From positions 463,679 to 527,678 of the forward strand of contig JBEKQZ010000001.1 of NCBI GenBank assembly GCA_049519175.1: a stretch of 64,000 nucleotides of DNA. The letters run 5' to 3'. The stretch comes from Candidatus Levyibacteriota bacterium (GTDB taxonomy: Bacteria; Patescibacteriota; Microgenomatia; Levybacterales; UBA12049). Below are positions 36,611-47,006 of this stretch, piece after piece. The notes beneath the pieces were generated by a model that did no database searches, was not told the origin of the DNA, and worked only from the letters and a program-made list of their open reading frames with translations. The position numbers and the translations under genes were made by a program. Within the stretch, counting starts at the first letter, position 1. Each line of letters begins with the position of its first letter.

Positions 36611-38350
36611 TTATTCTTGAGCAACTCTTAGCACTTCTTCAACCGTCGTAATGCCTTGTAAAACCTTAATGTAACCGTCTTGTTTCATCGTAATCATTCC
36701 CTCTGCAATTGCTTCTTTTTCGATTGCTCCGCTGTCGGCCCTTTGCAAAACCAGACTGGCCATTTTTTCCGTTATCGGTAGCGTCTCGAAAATTCCGATG
36801 CGGCCAAAATAGCCTGAATTACCACATTGGTCGCAACCTTTACCTTTATAAAGTTTTATTTCCTTATCAACCGGATAATATTTGTCCAATTCCTGTTTCA
36901 TTTCGTCAAGAATTTGCGCCGGAACAACGTATTCCGTTTTACAGTGGTCGCAGATTTTTCTCACAATTCTTTGTCCCACAACCGCGTTCATGGTTGATGC
37001 CAGTAAAAATGACTCCGCACCCAAATCCAAAAGCCTGGGGAGTGCGCCGGCGGCGTTGGAAGTATGCAGGGTTGAAAAAACCAAATGGCCCGTCAGAGCG
37101 GCCTGAATTGCCAAATCCGTTGTCTCTTTGTCACGGATTTCTCCAACTAGAATAATGTTAGGATCCTGCCGCAAAAATGCCCTTAACCCGTCGGCAAAAG
37201 TTAAACCGACCGCCGGATTTATCTGCACCTGATTAATGCCGGACATTTGATATTCAATCGGGTCTTCCAGAGTCATAATGTTCACCCGCGTCGTATTTAA
37301 TTTTTCCAAAACCGAGTAGAGCGTAGTTGTTTTTCCACTTCCAGTTGGTCCAACTACAATAATAATGCCGTGCGGACGAAGCATTGCCGTTTCCAAATTT
37401 TTAAGTGATGTACCGGTAAGTCCGAGTTCTTGCAGAGTCGGAACCCCACCGGATTTCCTAAGCAGCCTCATGACGATTTTTTCGCCAAAGGCTGTGGGCA
37501 AAACCGAAATACGCAAGTCCACTTCCTTATCTTCGACTTTAAAATTAAAGCGACCATCCTGCGGAGTGCGGTGCTCATCGATTTTCATTTCGGAGAGAAT
37601 TTTGATTCTGGAAATTACCGCTTCTTGCACGCTTTTTGGCAAACTCAACCGGTCATACAAAATTCCGTCAATGCGGTAACGCACTCTCACCCGGTCTTCC
37701 TGCGGCTCAATGTGCACATCTGAAGCACGACTGGTAACCGCATATTCCAAAATGGTCGAAACAATTTTGGCAATCGGCGCTTCTTTAATAATTTGGGCGA
37801 TTTGCGTCGTATCAACCGTTTTGATGGCGCTTTTATTTTCGGTTTCTTTTAACGCTTCACCGACTTCGCCGACCAATTCCTGCCTATATTGCTGATTTAT
37901 CGCCATTTCTACGTCTTTCTGCGAGGCGGCAAAAGTTTTAATCGTTAAACCGGTTTTTTCGCGGACAAAAGTTACCGCTTCCAAATCAACCGGGTTACTC
38001 ATCGCCACCGACAGCTCTTTGGTTTTATCATCGTAGGCAAACGGCATTAGCGAAAATCTTTCGGCCACCGCTCTTGGCACAAAACCGATCGCCTGGGGAG
38101 AAAAAGACGCGCCTTCCAGTGAAATAAAGGGAATACCTAAAAGCTTGGCTTTGGCCTGCGCCAATTTTTCCGGCGGAACCAGGTTTAAAGACTCGACTAC
38201 TGTTTCTTCGGAAACACCTTCGCTGGCACTTTTAACTTTAACATTATCGTATTGCTCTTTGGTAATTAATTTTTGTGAAAGCAGAGTATCCGCTAAACTT
38301 TGCGTCGAATCGAGAACCTGTGATGTTGAATTTTGAGTATCACTGGGCAT
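36611..38350 (-). CDS. pilB: Pilus assembly ATPase PilB/GspE
   Basis: ASDVHIEP, PQDGR, GPTGSGKTTT, LRQDP and tetra-Cys motifs. Confidence 0.96.
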   Translation of the reverse strand: MPSDTQNSTSQVLDSTQSLADTLLSQKLITKEQYDNVKVKSASEGVSEETVVESLNLVPPEKLAQAKAKLLGIPFISLEGASFSPQAIGFVPRAVAERFSLMPFAYDDKTKELSVAMSNPVDLEAVTFVREKTGLTIKTFAASQKDVEMAINQQYRQELVGEVGEALKETENKSAIKTVDTTQIAQIIKEAPIAKIVSTILEYAVTSRASDVHIEPQEDRVRVRYRIDGILYDRLSLPKSVQEAVISRIKILSEMKIDEHRTPQDGRFNFKVEDKEVDLRISVLPTAFGEKIVMRLLRKSGGVPTLQELGLTGTSLKNLETAMLRPHGIIIVVGPTGSGKTTTLYSVLEKLNTTRVNIMTLEDPIEYQMSGINQVQINPAVGLTFADGLRAFLRQDPNIILVGEIRDKETTDLAIQAALTGHLVFSTLHTSNAAGALPRLLDLGAESFLLASTMNAVVGQRIVRKICDHCKTEYVVPAQILDEMKQELDKYYPVDKEIKLYKGKGCDQCGNSGYFGRIGIFETLPITEKMASLVLQRADSGAIEKEAIAEGMITMKQDGYIKVLQGITTVEEVLRVAQE

Positions 38351-38414
38351 TACTATAATAGTAAGAGAAAATGCGTTATAATGTCAAGGAAATTCAGGAC
38401 CTTTTTCAGAAAAG

Positions 38415-39050
38415 ATGCAAAGCATTTTAATAACCGGCAAGGATACAGAAAAATTAAGAGAAGCCGCCCGGGCCATTTGTGACGAAAATAAAGTTTCCCG
38501 TTTTGACAGGGAAATTATTGTCACCGAAAAAACGGTCGGAATAGGGGATATCCGTAAACTGCAGGAAAAATTGTTTTTAAAACCACTTGAAAGCGAAATC
38601 AAAGCGGTAATTTTGGAAGCTTTTTTCGGTATGACCACGGATTCGCAAAACGCTTTTCTAAAAGTACTGGAAGAACCACCAAGCGATACGATTATTATGA
38701 TTTTAACTTCGTCTTTGGATTTTGTTTTACCGACTGTTTTATCCAGATGTAAATTATTTAGTCTTGATCAGGTCAGAAAACTCACCGACGAAGAAATCGC
38801 TAACAATCTAAAAATTATTTCTGAACTTAAAAACGGCGGCGCGTCAAAGGCTTTAAAGATTGCCCAAAGCTATGGCAAAGATAGGGAAACGGCTTTGCAA
38901 TTTTTGGAAGGACTGATTATTAGCCTGCATACTAATCTGGAAACTGAAAATTTACAAATTTTGAAGTCTTCGCAAAAAACTTACAATATTATTAAGACCA
39001 CTAATGTTGCTCCTCGTTTCGCCCTCGAGAATCTTTTTTTAAGCTCCTAA
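38415..39050 (+). CDS. holB: DNA polymerase III delta'-like subunit (short)
   Basis: IGDIRKL...QNAFLKVLEEPP...LPTVLSRC motifs. Confidence 0.8.
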   Translation: MQSILITGKDTEKLREAARAICDENKVSRFDREIIVTEKTVGIGDIRKLQEKLFLKPLESEIKAVILEAFFGMTTDSQNAFLKVLEEPPSDTIIMILTSSLDFVLPTVLSRCKLFSLDQVRKLTDEEIANNLKIISELKNGGASKALKIAQSYGKDRETALQFLEGLIISLHTNLETENLQILKSSQKTYNIIKTTNVAPRFALENLFLSS

Positions 39051-39575
39051 AGGAAATTTCCCACCCGCCCAGTCTTCGGGCAGACTAAATTTTGCCAAAA
39101 CTTTTAAGTCTAAAGGGTTATTAGCCAGTTGAATTACCTGCAGTAAATCCTGTCTAGTTACTTCCGGTGGCGGAGCAGTAACCTCTTTTTCCCTGGCAGC
39201 AACAATTGACGGGTCTTCTTCTTGATGCCCACGCGAAAAGAGAATTGACGGCATACCGGCTACGGTCGGTGCAAAACGACCTCTCTTAGTCTGACTTTTA
39301 TTGGTAATTATCACTCGTAAATCCTGCTCGGAGCGTGCATCATAGTAATAAATTGAAAGTGTTGCCTTTGCTACCGTAGATCTCCGTCGGGGCCGATAGG
39401 TAAGCACTAATACCCATTGCTCATTCGGATTATGTATGCAACCAAAATCAAAATAGTCAGGACGATCACGTCTGATGTGCTCTCTGACGGCCCGCAAAGC
39501 TCCCCTCACCAGCTTAGGTCTTTCGCTTTCTCTCTCCGCTCTTTTTTTATCAAAATCTATTATTTCCGTTGTCAT
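39039..39575 (-). CDS. Hypothetical protein
   Basis: 178-aa ORF; TATAAT a few nt upstream of the ATG. Confidence 0.65.
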   Translation of the reverse strand: MTTEIIDFDKKRAERESERPKLVRGALRAVREHIRRDRPDYFDFGCIHNPNEQWVLVLTYRPRRRSTVAKATLSIYYYDARSEQDLRVIITNKSQTKRGRFAPTVAGMPSILFSRGHQEEDPSIVAAREKEVTAPPPEVTRQDLLQVIQLANNPLDLKVLAKFSLPEDWAGGKFPLGA

Positions 39576-39655
39576 CGCTTGTGAATTATAGCGCTAAGTG
39601 GAGTTGAAAACAAAAATTTTGAGTTTTTTAGGCTTATTTTGCTATAATCACACAT

Positions 39656-39847
39656 ATGGAAAAAGATAAGCAGGGTGCATCTGGATTAAGAAGATTTACT
39701 AAAAACCGCGGTTACTGGGGCACACTGCCTGGAGCAGTCAGACAAGGTCTTGAAGAAACCGGCAGCATCTCTGGCATCGCCGCTACCGTTGCGGAAATCG
39801 GAACCGCCGGGAGAAAATCTGTTGTTATAAAACCACAATCCCGTTAA
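39656..39847 (+). CDS. Small hypothetical protein
   Basis: TGCTATAAT 7 nt upstream of the ATG. Confidence 0.6.
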   Translation: MEKDKQGASGLRRFTKNRGYWGTLPGAVRQGLEETGSISGIAATVAEIGTAGRKSVVIKPQSR

Positions 39848-39924
39848 ACTTTTAAAAAGTGGCTTATGCATTTAATTAATCCTCTAGTTGATTTATTTTC
39901 TAGACTATGGTATTAAATAGTCCT

Positions 39925-40209
39925 ATGGCAGACGAACGTTACAGAGGCGGTAAAGTAACAGCAGCGTGTTTTGGCAATTGCCCTAATTTACAACCGCTTC
40001 TTAAAGCAGCATTTATGGATGACGCGCATTTTGCGCCTACAGAAGGATTAGTCCGTATCCCCAATGGACGGTGTCTGGAAAAAATAGAGATTTGGAAAAG
40101 AAACGCAGGGGGCTGTTCTGGACCGGAAAGAAAAACTTCCGCAGGAACTGCTGGAGAAACAATTTTTGTCTGTCCGGTTGCCGCGACAACTTCTATGCCC
40201 AAATTGTAA
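39925..40209 (+). CDS. Small Cys-rich hypothetical protein
   Basis: CxxxCP...C...CSG...CP; upstream promoter block shared with the 40668 gene. Confidence 0.6.
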   Translation: MADERYRGGKVTAACFGNCPNLQPLLKAAFMDDAHFAPTEGLVRIPNGRCLEKIEIWKRNAGGCSGPERKTSAGTAGETIFVCPVAATTSMPKL

Positions 40210-40247
40210 AGGTTGAAATCTCAAGTTAAACTGCTATAATGCTTTTT

Positions 40248-40583
40248 ATGGCAAATCACTTTGAAGCGCTAGATTTAGACAGAGAAAGAGCGGCAATGAT
40301 TAGAAAAACAAGACCGTTCATTATAGAAGCTCTCCAGACATTGGGGAACCGGGAAGTTTCGCTGGGAGATATAAACGAAACAGTCAGAGAACTTTACCCG
40401 GATGGAAAATTCGGAATGGGAATAGTTCCGACAGTTCTGGACGAATTAGAAGGAGCTGGAATAGTTATTTGCATCCAAACTCCAGTCAATCCAAGAACAA
40501 ATGGTCATATGATAGGCAAGTCTGATTGGAGAGCACTAACTTATCGCTTCGCAGAACCGCCAGAAACCGCAATCGAACACTAA
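40248..40583 (+). CDS. Hypothetical protein, possible winged HTH
   Basis: TTGAAA..TGCTATAAT promoter 7 nt before ATG 40248; 'VSLGDI...VLDELEGAGIV' is wHTH-like. Confidence 0.6.
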   Translation: MANHFEALDLDRERAAMIRKTRPFIIEALQTLGNREVSLGDINETVRELYPDGKFGMGIVPTVLDELEGAGIVICIQTPVNPRTNGHMIGKSDWRALTYRFAEPPETAIEH

Positions 40584-40667
40584 CTTAACGACTCCCGGGA
40601 GAATTTGGAATTAAGATTATTTAACCCTCTAGTTGATTTATTTCTAGAACTATGATATTAAATCTCC

Positions 40668-40997
40668 ATGGCAAGTCCTTATACTGAAATTAATCCAAGA
40701 TGTCGTGATTGTCCACGAATAAAAGATGCCTATCGAAGAGCAGCCGCTTTTACGATTACTACACCAATGCTATTTGCTAGTTTTCCTTCCTTAATCATTC
40801 CAGACGAAGAAGGATTACGGTTACAACAAAAAACAATTGAAGACTCTGCCAATTGTCCGGGAATAACGGAAGAAGTTATTCTTGTAAAAAAGGGTTTGCC
40901 CTGGAATAGAAAAACAGTCCAAGAACGAGTACCAGGATGCGGGCTTAGTCAACCGCCCCCGCCTTGCGTTATTCCTTCTGAACTCGTAGAAGTTTAA
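40668..40997 (+). CDS. Small Cys-rich hypothetical protein
   Basis: CxxCP...CPG...C; upstream promoter block shared with the 39925 gene. Confidence 0.65.
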   Translation: MASPYTEINPRCRDCPRIKDAYRRAAAFTITTPMLFASFPSLIIPDEEGLRLQQKTIEDSANCPGITEEVILVKKGLPWNRKTVQERVPGCGLSQPPPPCVIPSELVEV

Positions 40998-41029
40998 ATT
41001 AAAACCGAAAATGCTATAATCTTTTTACT

Positions 41030-41230
41030 ATGCATGAAAGCGAACCAAACATAAAACCAACGAGAGAACCTCCAGCGATGCCGCCGGCACACCCGGGAGA
41101 AACCTCAAGAAGACAAGCGCCCGGATTTTTACAGACAGTTTCCGAAGTAATCAGAGACTATCCTTTTGGATTTTATTCCGCGTTAAGTGACCTCGTTCGT
41201 GGTAGGGGAGAGTTTGCAAAAAAAGAATAA
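41030..41230 (+). CDS. Small hypothetical protein
   Basis: TGCTATAAT 9 nt upstream; stop codon abuts a repeat site. Confidence 0.6.
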   Translation: MHESEPNIKPTREPPAMPPAHPGETSRRQAPGFLQTVSEVIRDYPFGFYSALSDLVRGRGEFAKKE

Positions 41231-41278
41231 CCGCGAAGAAAATTTGGGGCTGAAGTTTATGGGTTTTATGGATTTTCC

Positions 41279-41707
41279 TTAAACCAGCAAAGACGAAGAC
41301 GGTGCCGTCAGGACAATCCGAATAAGACTACCTGGGCCAACTCGTGCTTCATCAAGCGTAGTTTGTAGCTCTCTTTGCTTCTTTACAAAATCTTGCGCCA
41401 ATGCAGATTCTTCCCTTTCTAATTCATGCTTGCCTTGATTAAGCGCGAGCTTTCTTACATCCGAATCCAAAACGCCGCGAACAGTTCCATCGTCTAAGTC
41501 TTGCCCTATAATCGAGGTAGCATCCGCTAATGATAAACTAACGCCTAGAGACATTGGATGTTTTGGATCTCCGTAAAAAACCTGAGCCTCAACCGTTCTT
41601 ACGCTACGAATCCTAAAAGGAGTATCACCTGAAACCGGCGTTGACTCTGGAACATTAGGGGCACCTTGCGAACCTCTTTCCTTTCCTCTGCCGAAAAATC
41701 CTGCCAT
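41279..41707 (-). CDS. Hypothetical protein
   Basis: TTGACA...TATTAT promoter directly upstream; flanked by repeat sites. Confidence 0.65.
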   Translation of the reverse strand: MAGFFGRGKERGSQGAPNVPESTPVSGDTPFRIRSVRTVEAQVFYGDPKHPMSLGVSLSLADATSIIGQDLDDGTVRGVLDSDVRKLALNQGKHELEREESALAQDFVKKQRELQTTLDEARVGPGSLIRIVLTAPSSSLLV

Positions 41708-41787
41708 TTTGCAATAATAGCACTAATTTATGCATTGTCAATACTATAAGCAACTTTGCCGGGGAAAAGTTGGGATTGGAATTTAAA

Positions 41788-42096
41788 TTACCTATGTTGA
41801 TTTTTCTTCAAACTTTTTGCTGCAATAACCAAAGATATTACACCTGCAGCACCGATAACAGGACCCAAAACCATACTTCCTACGGCACCATGAACTAGGT
41901 CTTGGTATCCCGAATCTGCCAGAGTAACCTCTTGCCCCGTTTGTCCAGCGTAAACAAGAATATTAGACGCTTGTTTTATTTCGTCAGTCCCTTTATCAAA
42001 CAACTTAATTGATAAGGCTGAAATCGCAAGCGAACCAGCGACAAGAGTCGAACCCCCGGCTATTAAAGGCAGCGCTTCTATTTCCTTAGCGTTCAT
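41788..42096 (-). CDS. Hypothetical 2-TM membrane protein
   Basis: Two hydrophobic Gly/Ala-rich helices; TATAAT 9 nt upstream of ATG 42096. Confidence 0.65.
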   Translation of the reverse strand: MNAKEIEALPLIAGGSTLVAGSLAISALSIKLFDKGTDEIKQASNILVYAGQTGQEVTLADSGYQDLVHGAVGSMVLGPVIGAAGVISLVIAAKSLKKNQHR

Positions 42097-42172
42097 AGGA
42101 AGCAGATTATACAATAAATCGGTAAATTAGGGAAAATTTGGGGCGGAAAACCCGTAGTGGTATAATCCGGTT

Positions 42173-42691
42173 ATGCAGATTAATTTTTATCCCGAATACG
42201 ATAATTCGGATTTTGAAAAAGCCGCTAAGGAATATGCAAACATCTGGAGCGAAGAAGGACAACGGATAACCGAAACAATCGAAAAGATAAGCGGATTAAA
42301 ATTTAGAGAAAAAACTATCAACGCTGTTATTCACAATCGGATTTCCTACTCGCACCCGTTACAGCTACAAACCGGGCTTTCTCTTGAAGAAAAGAGAGGA
42401 ACAATAACGCATGAATTATGTCACAGATTGTTATTGGCAAATGAAATTAAATGGGAAAAAATTAAAGGGAAGAATGGCTTCTACCTGCTTGCTCATAGAC
42501 CTGTAGATTTAATTCTTTATGATATTTGGATTAAACTTTATGGAGAAAATTTTGCTAAAAAACACGTCAAGTATGAGATCGCTCTTTGGGATGTAAAGGG
42601 AATAAGTCCATATAAGATTGCCTGGGACTGGGCTTTGGGAATGACAAAAGACAAACGCCACCAGGAATTTCAAAAATACCTCCAAAAATAA
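42173..42691 (+). CDS. Putative zinc metallopeptidase (HExxH)
   Basis: TITHELCHRLL motif; promoter embedded in the right flank of the upstream repeat site. Confidence 0.65.
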   Translation: MQINFYPEYDNSDFEKAAKEYANIWSEEGQRITETIEKISGLKFREKTINAVIHNRISYSHPLQLQTGLSLEEKRGTITHELCHRLLLANEIKWEKIKGKNGFYLLAHRPVDLILYDIWIKLYGENFAKKHVKYEIALWDVKGISPYKIAWDWALGMTKDKRHQEFQKYLQK

Positions 42692-42734
42692 CCGGGGAAA
42701 CTTTGGGGCGAAAATCTCGTTTGAGAATATCTAC

Positions 42735-43166
42735 TTAAGCCTTTACGGGGACACCATTTACTGCTTGAAGCATTGTTCTAATACGCATCAGTGTTGGTAT
42801 TCCGACAGAGCACAACTCACTATCGGAAATTAGCCATCTTTTTTGATCCCATAATAATCTTCCATTTATTCGTCCAACATCAGCTATATCTCCCTTAGCT
42901 GTAAGGTAATGCCGTACGCCTCTTTTTCCAGGAGTTACAGGCCATAGTCTTACCATTCCATCTAAACATTCAATCTTAGAAACAACTGGGACCTCTATAA
43001 AGACTCCTAAAATATCTAAGTATTTTGCGCCTCGAGCAAGACCTTTTTTAACGGCTCCTGCCCTGCGGTAATTGCCACATTCCGAGCCTAATTCATGCCA
43101 AATCCTATCCATGTCTGCAACTGCGGCACTTAAGAAAGCTGAGCTATTCTGTTCAACAGTCATCAT
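42735..43166 (-). CDS. Hypothetical protein
   Basis: TGCTATAAT upstream; flanked by repeat sites. Confidence 0.6.
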   Translation of the reverse strand: MMTVEQNSSAFLSAAVADMDRIWHELGSECGNYRRAGAVKKGLARGAKYLDILGVFIEVPVVSKIECLDGMVRLWPVTPGKRGVRHYLTAKGDIADVGRINGRLLWDQKRWLISDSELCSVGIPTLMRIRTMLQAVNGVPVKA

Positions 43167-43236
43167 AAGAGCTAAGATTATAGCAAAAATTAATCTAAAA
43201 TACTATAGGAATAGTCCGCGGGGGAAATTTGGAGAA

Positions 43237-43611
43237 CTATGTTCTATCTAAACTTTTAGGGCTTGGTATGGCTCTCTCTCTTAAACCGTCTACCAGATGC
43301 AAGACCGTAGACGGAGGCAATCCTTCTTTAATCCCAAGGTCAATCAAAGCTAAAGAGCAATAAATTCCCTCCAGTTCAAGACCGTCTAGAATTATACTTC
43401 TCATTTCGTCTCTTTCTTCTGGACTGGAAAGGCTTGATACCATAAAAGCTTCAAACTCTGGACCTAATTTTTCTTGCGCAGAGTTTGCATTAGCCCCAAG
43501 TTGAGTTACTCTCGCTGATAATTGACGAGCTTCATGCAGTTGTTTTTCCTGCTCTTGCGGATTCTGTCTTCCCGAACCAATTATTCTAGCTAAAATGCCC
43601 TTTTCTTTCAC
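43237..43611 (-). CDS. Hypothetical helical protein
   Basis: TTGACT..TGTTATAAT promoter just upstream of GTG; flanked by repeat sites. Confidence 0.6.
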   Translation of the reverse strand: MKEKGILARIIGSGRQNPQEQEKQLHEARQLSARVTQLGANANSAQEKLGPEFEAFMVSSLSSPEERDEMRSIILDGLELEGIYCSLALIDLGIKEGLPPSTVLHLVDGLRERAIPSPKSLDRT

Positions 43612-43698
43612 ACCGTGGGATTATAACACTCGTCAGTCAAAAAGCAACTTTACCGGGGAAAATTTGGGGCGGAAATCCCGTAGTGATATAATTTCATA

Positions 43699-44325
43699 GT
43701 GAAAATTGTTAAAGCTTTTTCCAACACGAAAGATAATACTTTTTGCTTACAAGCATGTATTCAAAGCGTTTTAAATTTCTATTTCCCCACTAAAACATTT
43801 TCTGAATCTGAAGTAAGTAAAAATACAGGATATCATCCTAAGTATTTTTCCTGGAGCCCACAGGCAGTCGTATGGCTAAATAGTTTAGGTCTCAATGTGA
43901 AATTATACTCTCCCTTCAATTACAACAGACTGGTAAATGGAGGATTAGCTTATTTGAAAGAGTTTAAGAAAGATATATACGATCTTGAGGAAAAAAGAGG
44001 TGAGTATAAATTTCTTCCAGAAATTCAAAAAGCAGCAAAAGAAATGGTCGACAGGAAACTTTGGATTGATCAATTGATGAAAATCGAAGATCTGGAAAAC
44101 CAATTAAGCAAGCAAAACACTTTATGTATCGGAAAAACCATATATGAATGGCTTGATGGACACTATATCGCTGGAACTTCTCACTTCATAGTAGTTGTAA
44201 AAAAATATTCATCTGGAATCTGGCTTATTCAGGATCCTGGACTACCTATGGTAGGAAATCGAAAAGTTAACCAATCTATTAATAACCATAGTATTTTAGG
44301 AGACATTATTCTAGTAAAAAATTAG
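43699..44325 (+). CDS. Papain-like (C39-like) cysteine peptidase
   Basis: FCLQACIQSVL (catalytic Cys), SHFIVV (His) and QDPG (Asp) motifs. Confidence 0.7.
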   Translation: MKIVKAFSNTKDNTFCLQACIQSVLNFYFPTKTFSESEVSKNTGYHPKYFSWSPQAVVWLNSLGLNVKLYSPFNYNRLVNGGLAYLKEFKKDIYDLEEKRGEYKFLPEIQKAAKEMVDRKLWIDQLMKIEDLENQLSKQNTLCIGKTIYEWLDGHYIAGTSHFIVVVKKYSSGIWLIQDPGLPMVGNRKVNQSINNHSILGDIILVKN

Positions 44326-44348
44326 CTTCAGCAAATTTGAAGCAAAAT

Positions 44349-44888
44349 TTAAAGTTCGACTTCTTTTTTTAAAGGCTCTAGTCCTTTCAAAGTAACTCTC
44401 GCAATTGACATTATAGAACGGACAACTGGATTTATTCCTCCCACCTGAAGCTCTTTCCCAATCTGTTGTAAAACAAATTCTTTATCCTTTTTAGGCTTAC
44501 CCGAATGAATACTACCTTCAACGTTGCATAAAAATTTTATAAGGTCAAACACAGTAAACCAATTTCCCGATGATTTCATTACCATTGTTTTTAACATTTT
44601 GCCTCTATCAACTTCTATTGGAGCTGCTGAATAAGCAGTCTCTGGATCAAAACCATCCTGTATCGACCAAAAGACCGCTTCCTGCATTAAAGGATTAATC
44701 TGACGACCATTTATTATAAATTTAATTTTAAATCTTCCTTTTTCGTTTACTTGATCTATTAATGGATAATCATCAAGTAATAATTTTCTCAAAAGACCTG
44801 CAATCATTAAGATTTCATAAGCATCTTGAGAGCTTAATCTATTTTTTATATCTTCAAGAGTTTTTATAAATAGAACCTTTTTATCCAT
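44349..44888 (-). CDS. Hypothetical protein
   Basis: IAGLLRKLLLD...DLIKFLCNVEGSIH; TATAAT 6 nt upstream of ATG 44888. Confidence 0.65.
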   Translation of the reverse strand: MDKKVLFIKTLEDIKNRLSSQDAYEILMIAGLLRKLLLDDYPLIDQVNEKGRFKIKFIINGRQINPLMQEAVFWSIQDGFDPETAYSAAPIEVDRGKMLKTMVMKSSGNWFTVFDLIKFLCNVEGSIHSGKPKKDKEFVLQQIGKELQVGGINPVVRSIMSIARVTLKGLEPLKKEVEL

Positions 44889-45005
44889 AAAAAAATTATA
44901 CACCTTACCCCTAGAAATTTGGTCTCAAATTTGCTCCGTTCGACACCACTCAGGATCGCAGTTAGGCCTTAATTCCTACTGGAATTTTAAGCCTAACTTT
45001 GCTAA

Positions 45006-47006
<2,001 letters not shown>

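Larger units (their letters stand above)
40595..44930 (+). repeat. Array of co-oriented ~20-bp intergenic sites, consensus CCGGGGAAAATTTGGGGCGG(AAA)
   Basis: Copies at about 40595, 41231, 41759, 42129, 42692, 43216 and 43653, with degenerate copies at about 44330 and 44910; about one per gene boundary, all on the + strand. Confidence 0.85.

Noticed and set aside
40595-44930. CRISPR array or classical integron attC array as the explanation for the intergenic repeats
   Set aside because: Spacing is gene-sized (about 370-680 bp) and repeats are degenerate, with no cas genes in the window. The sites lack RYYYAAC/GTTRRRY boxes and the long attC hairpin, and the Xer protein shows no evident IntI-specific insertion.
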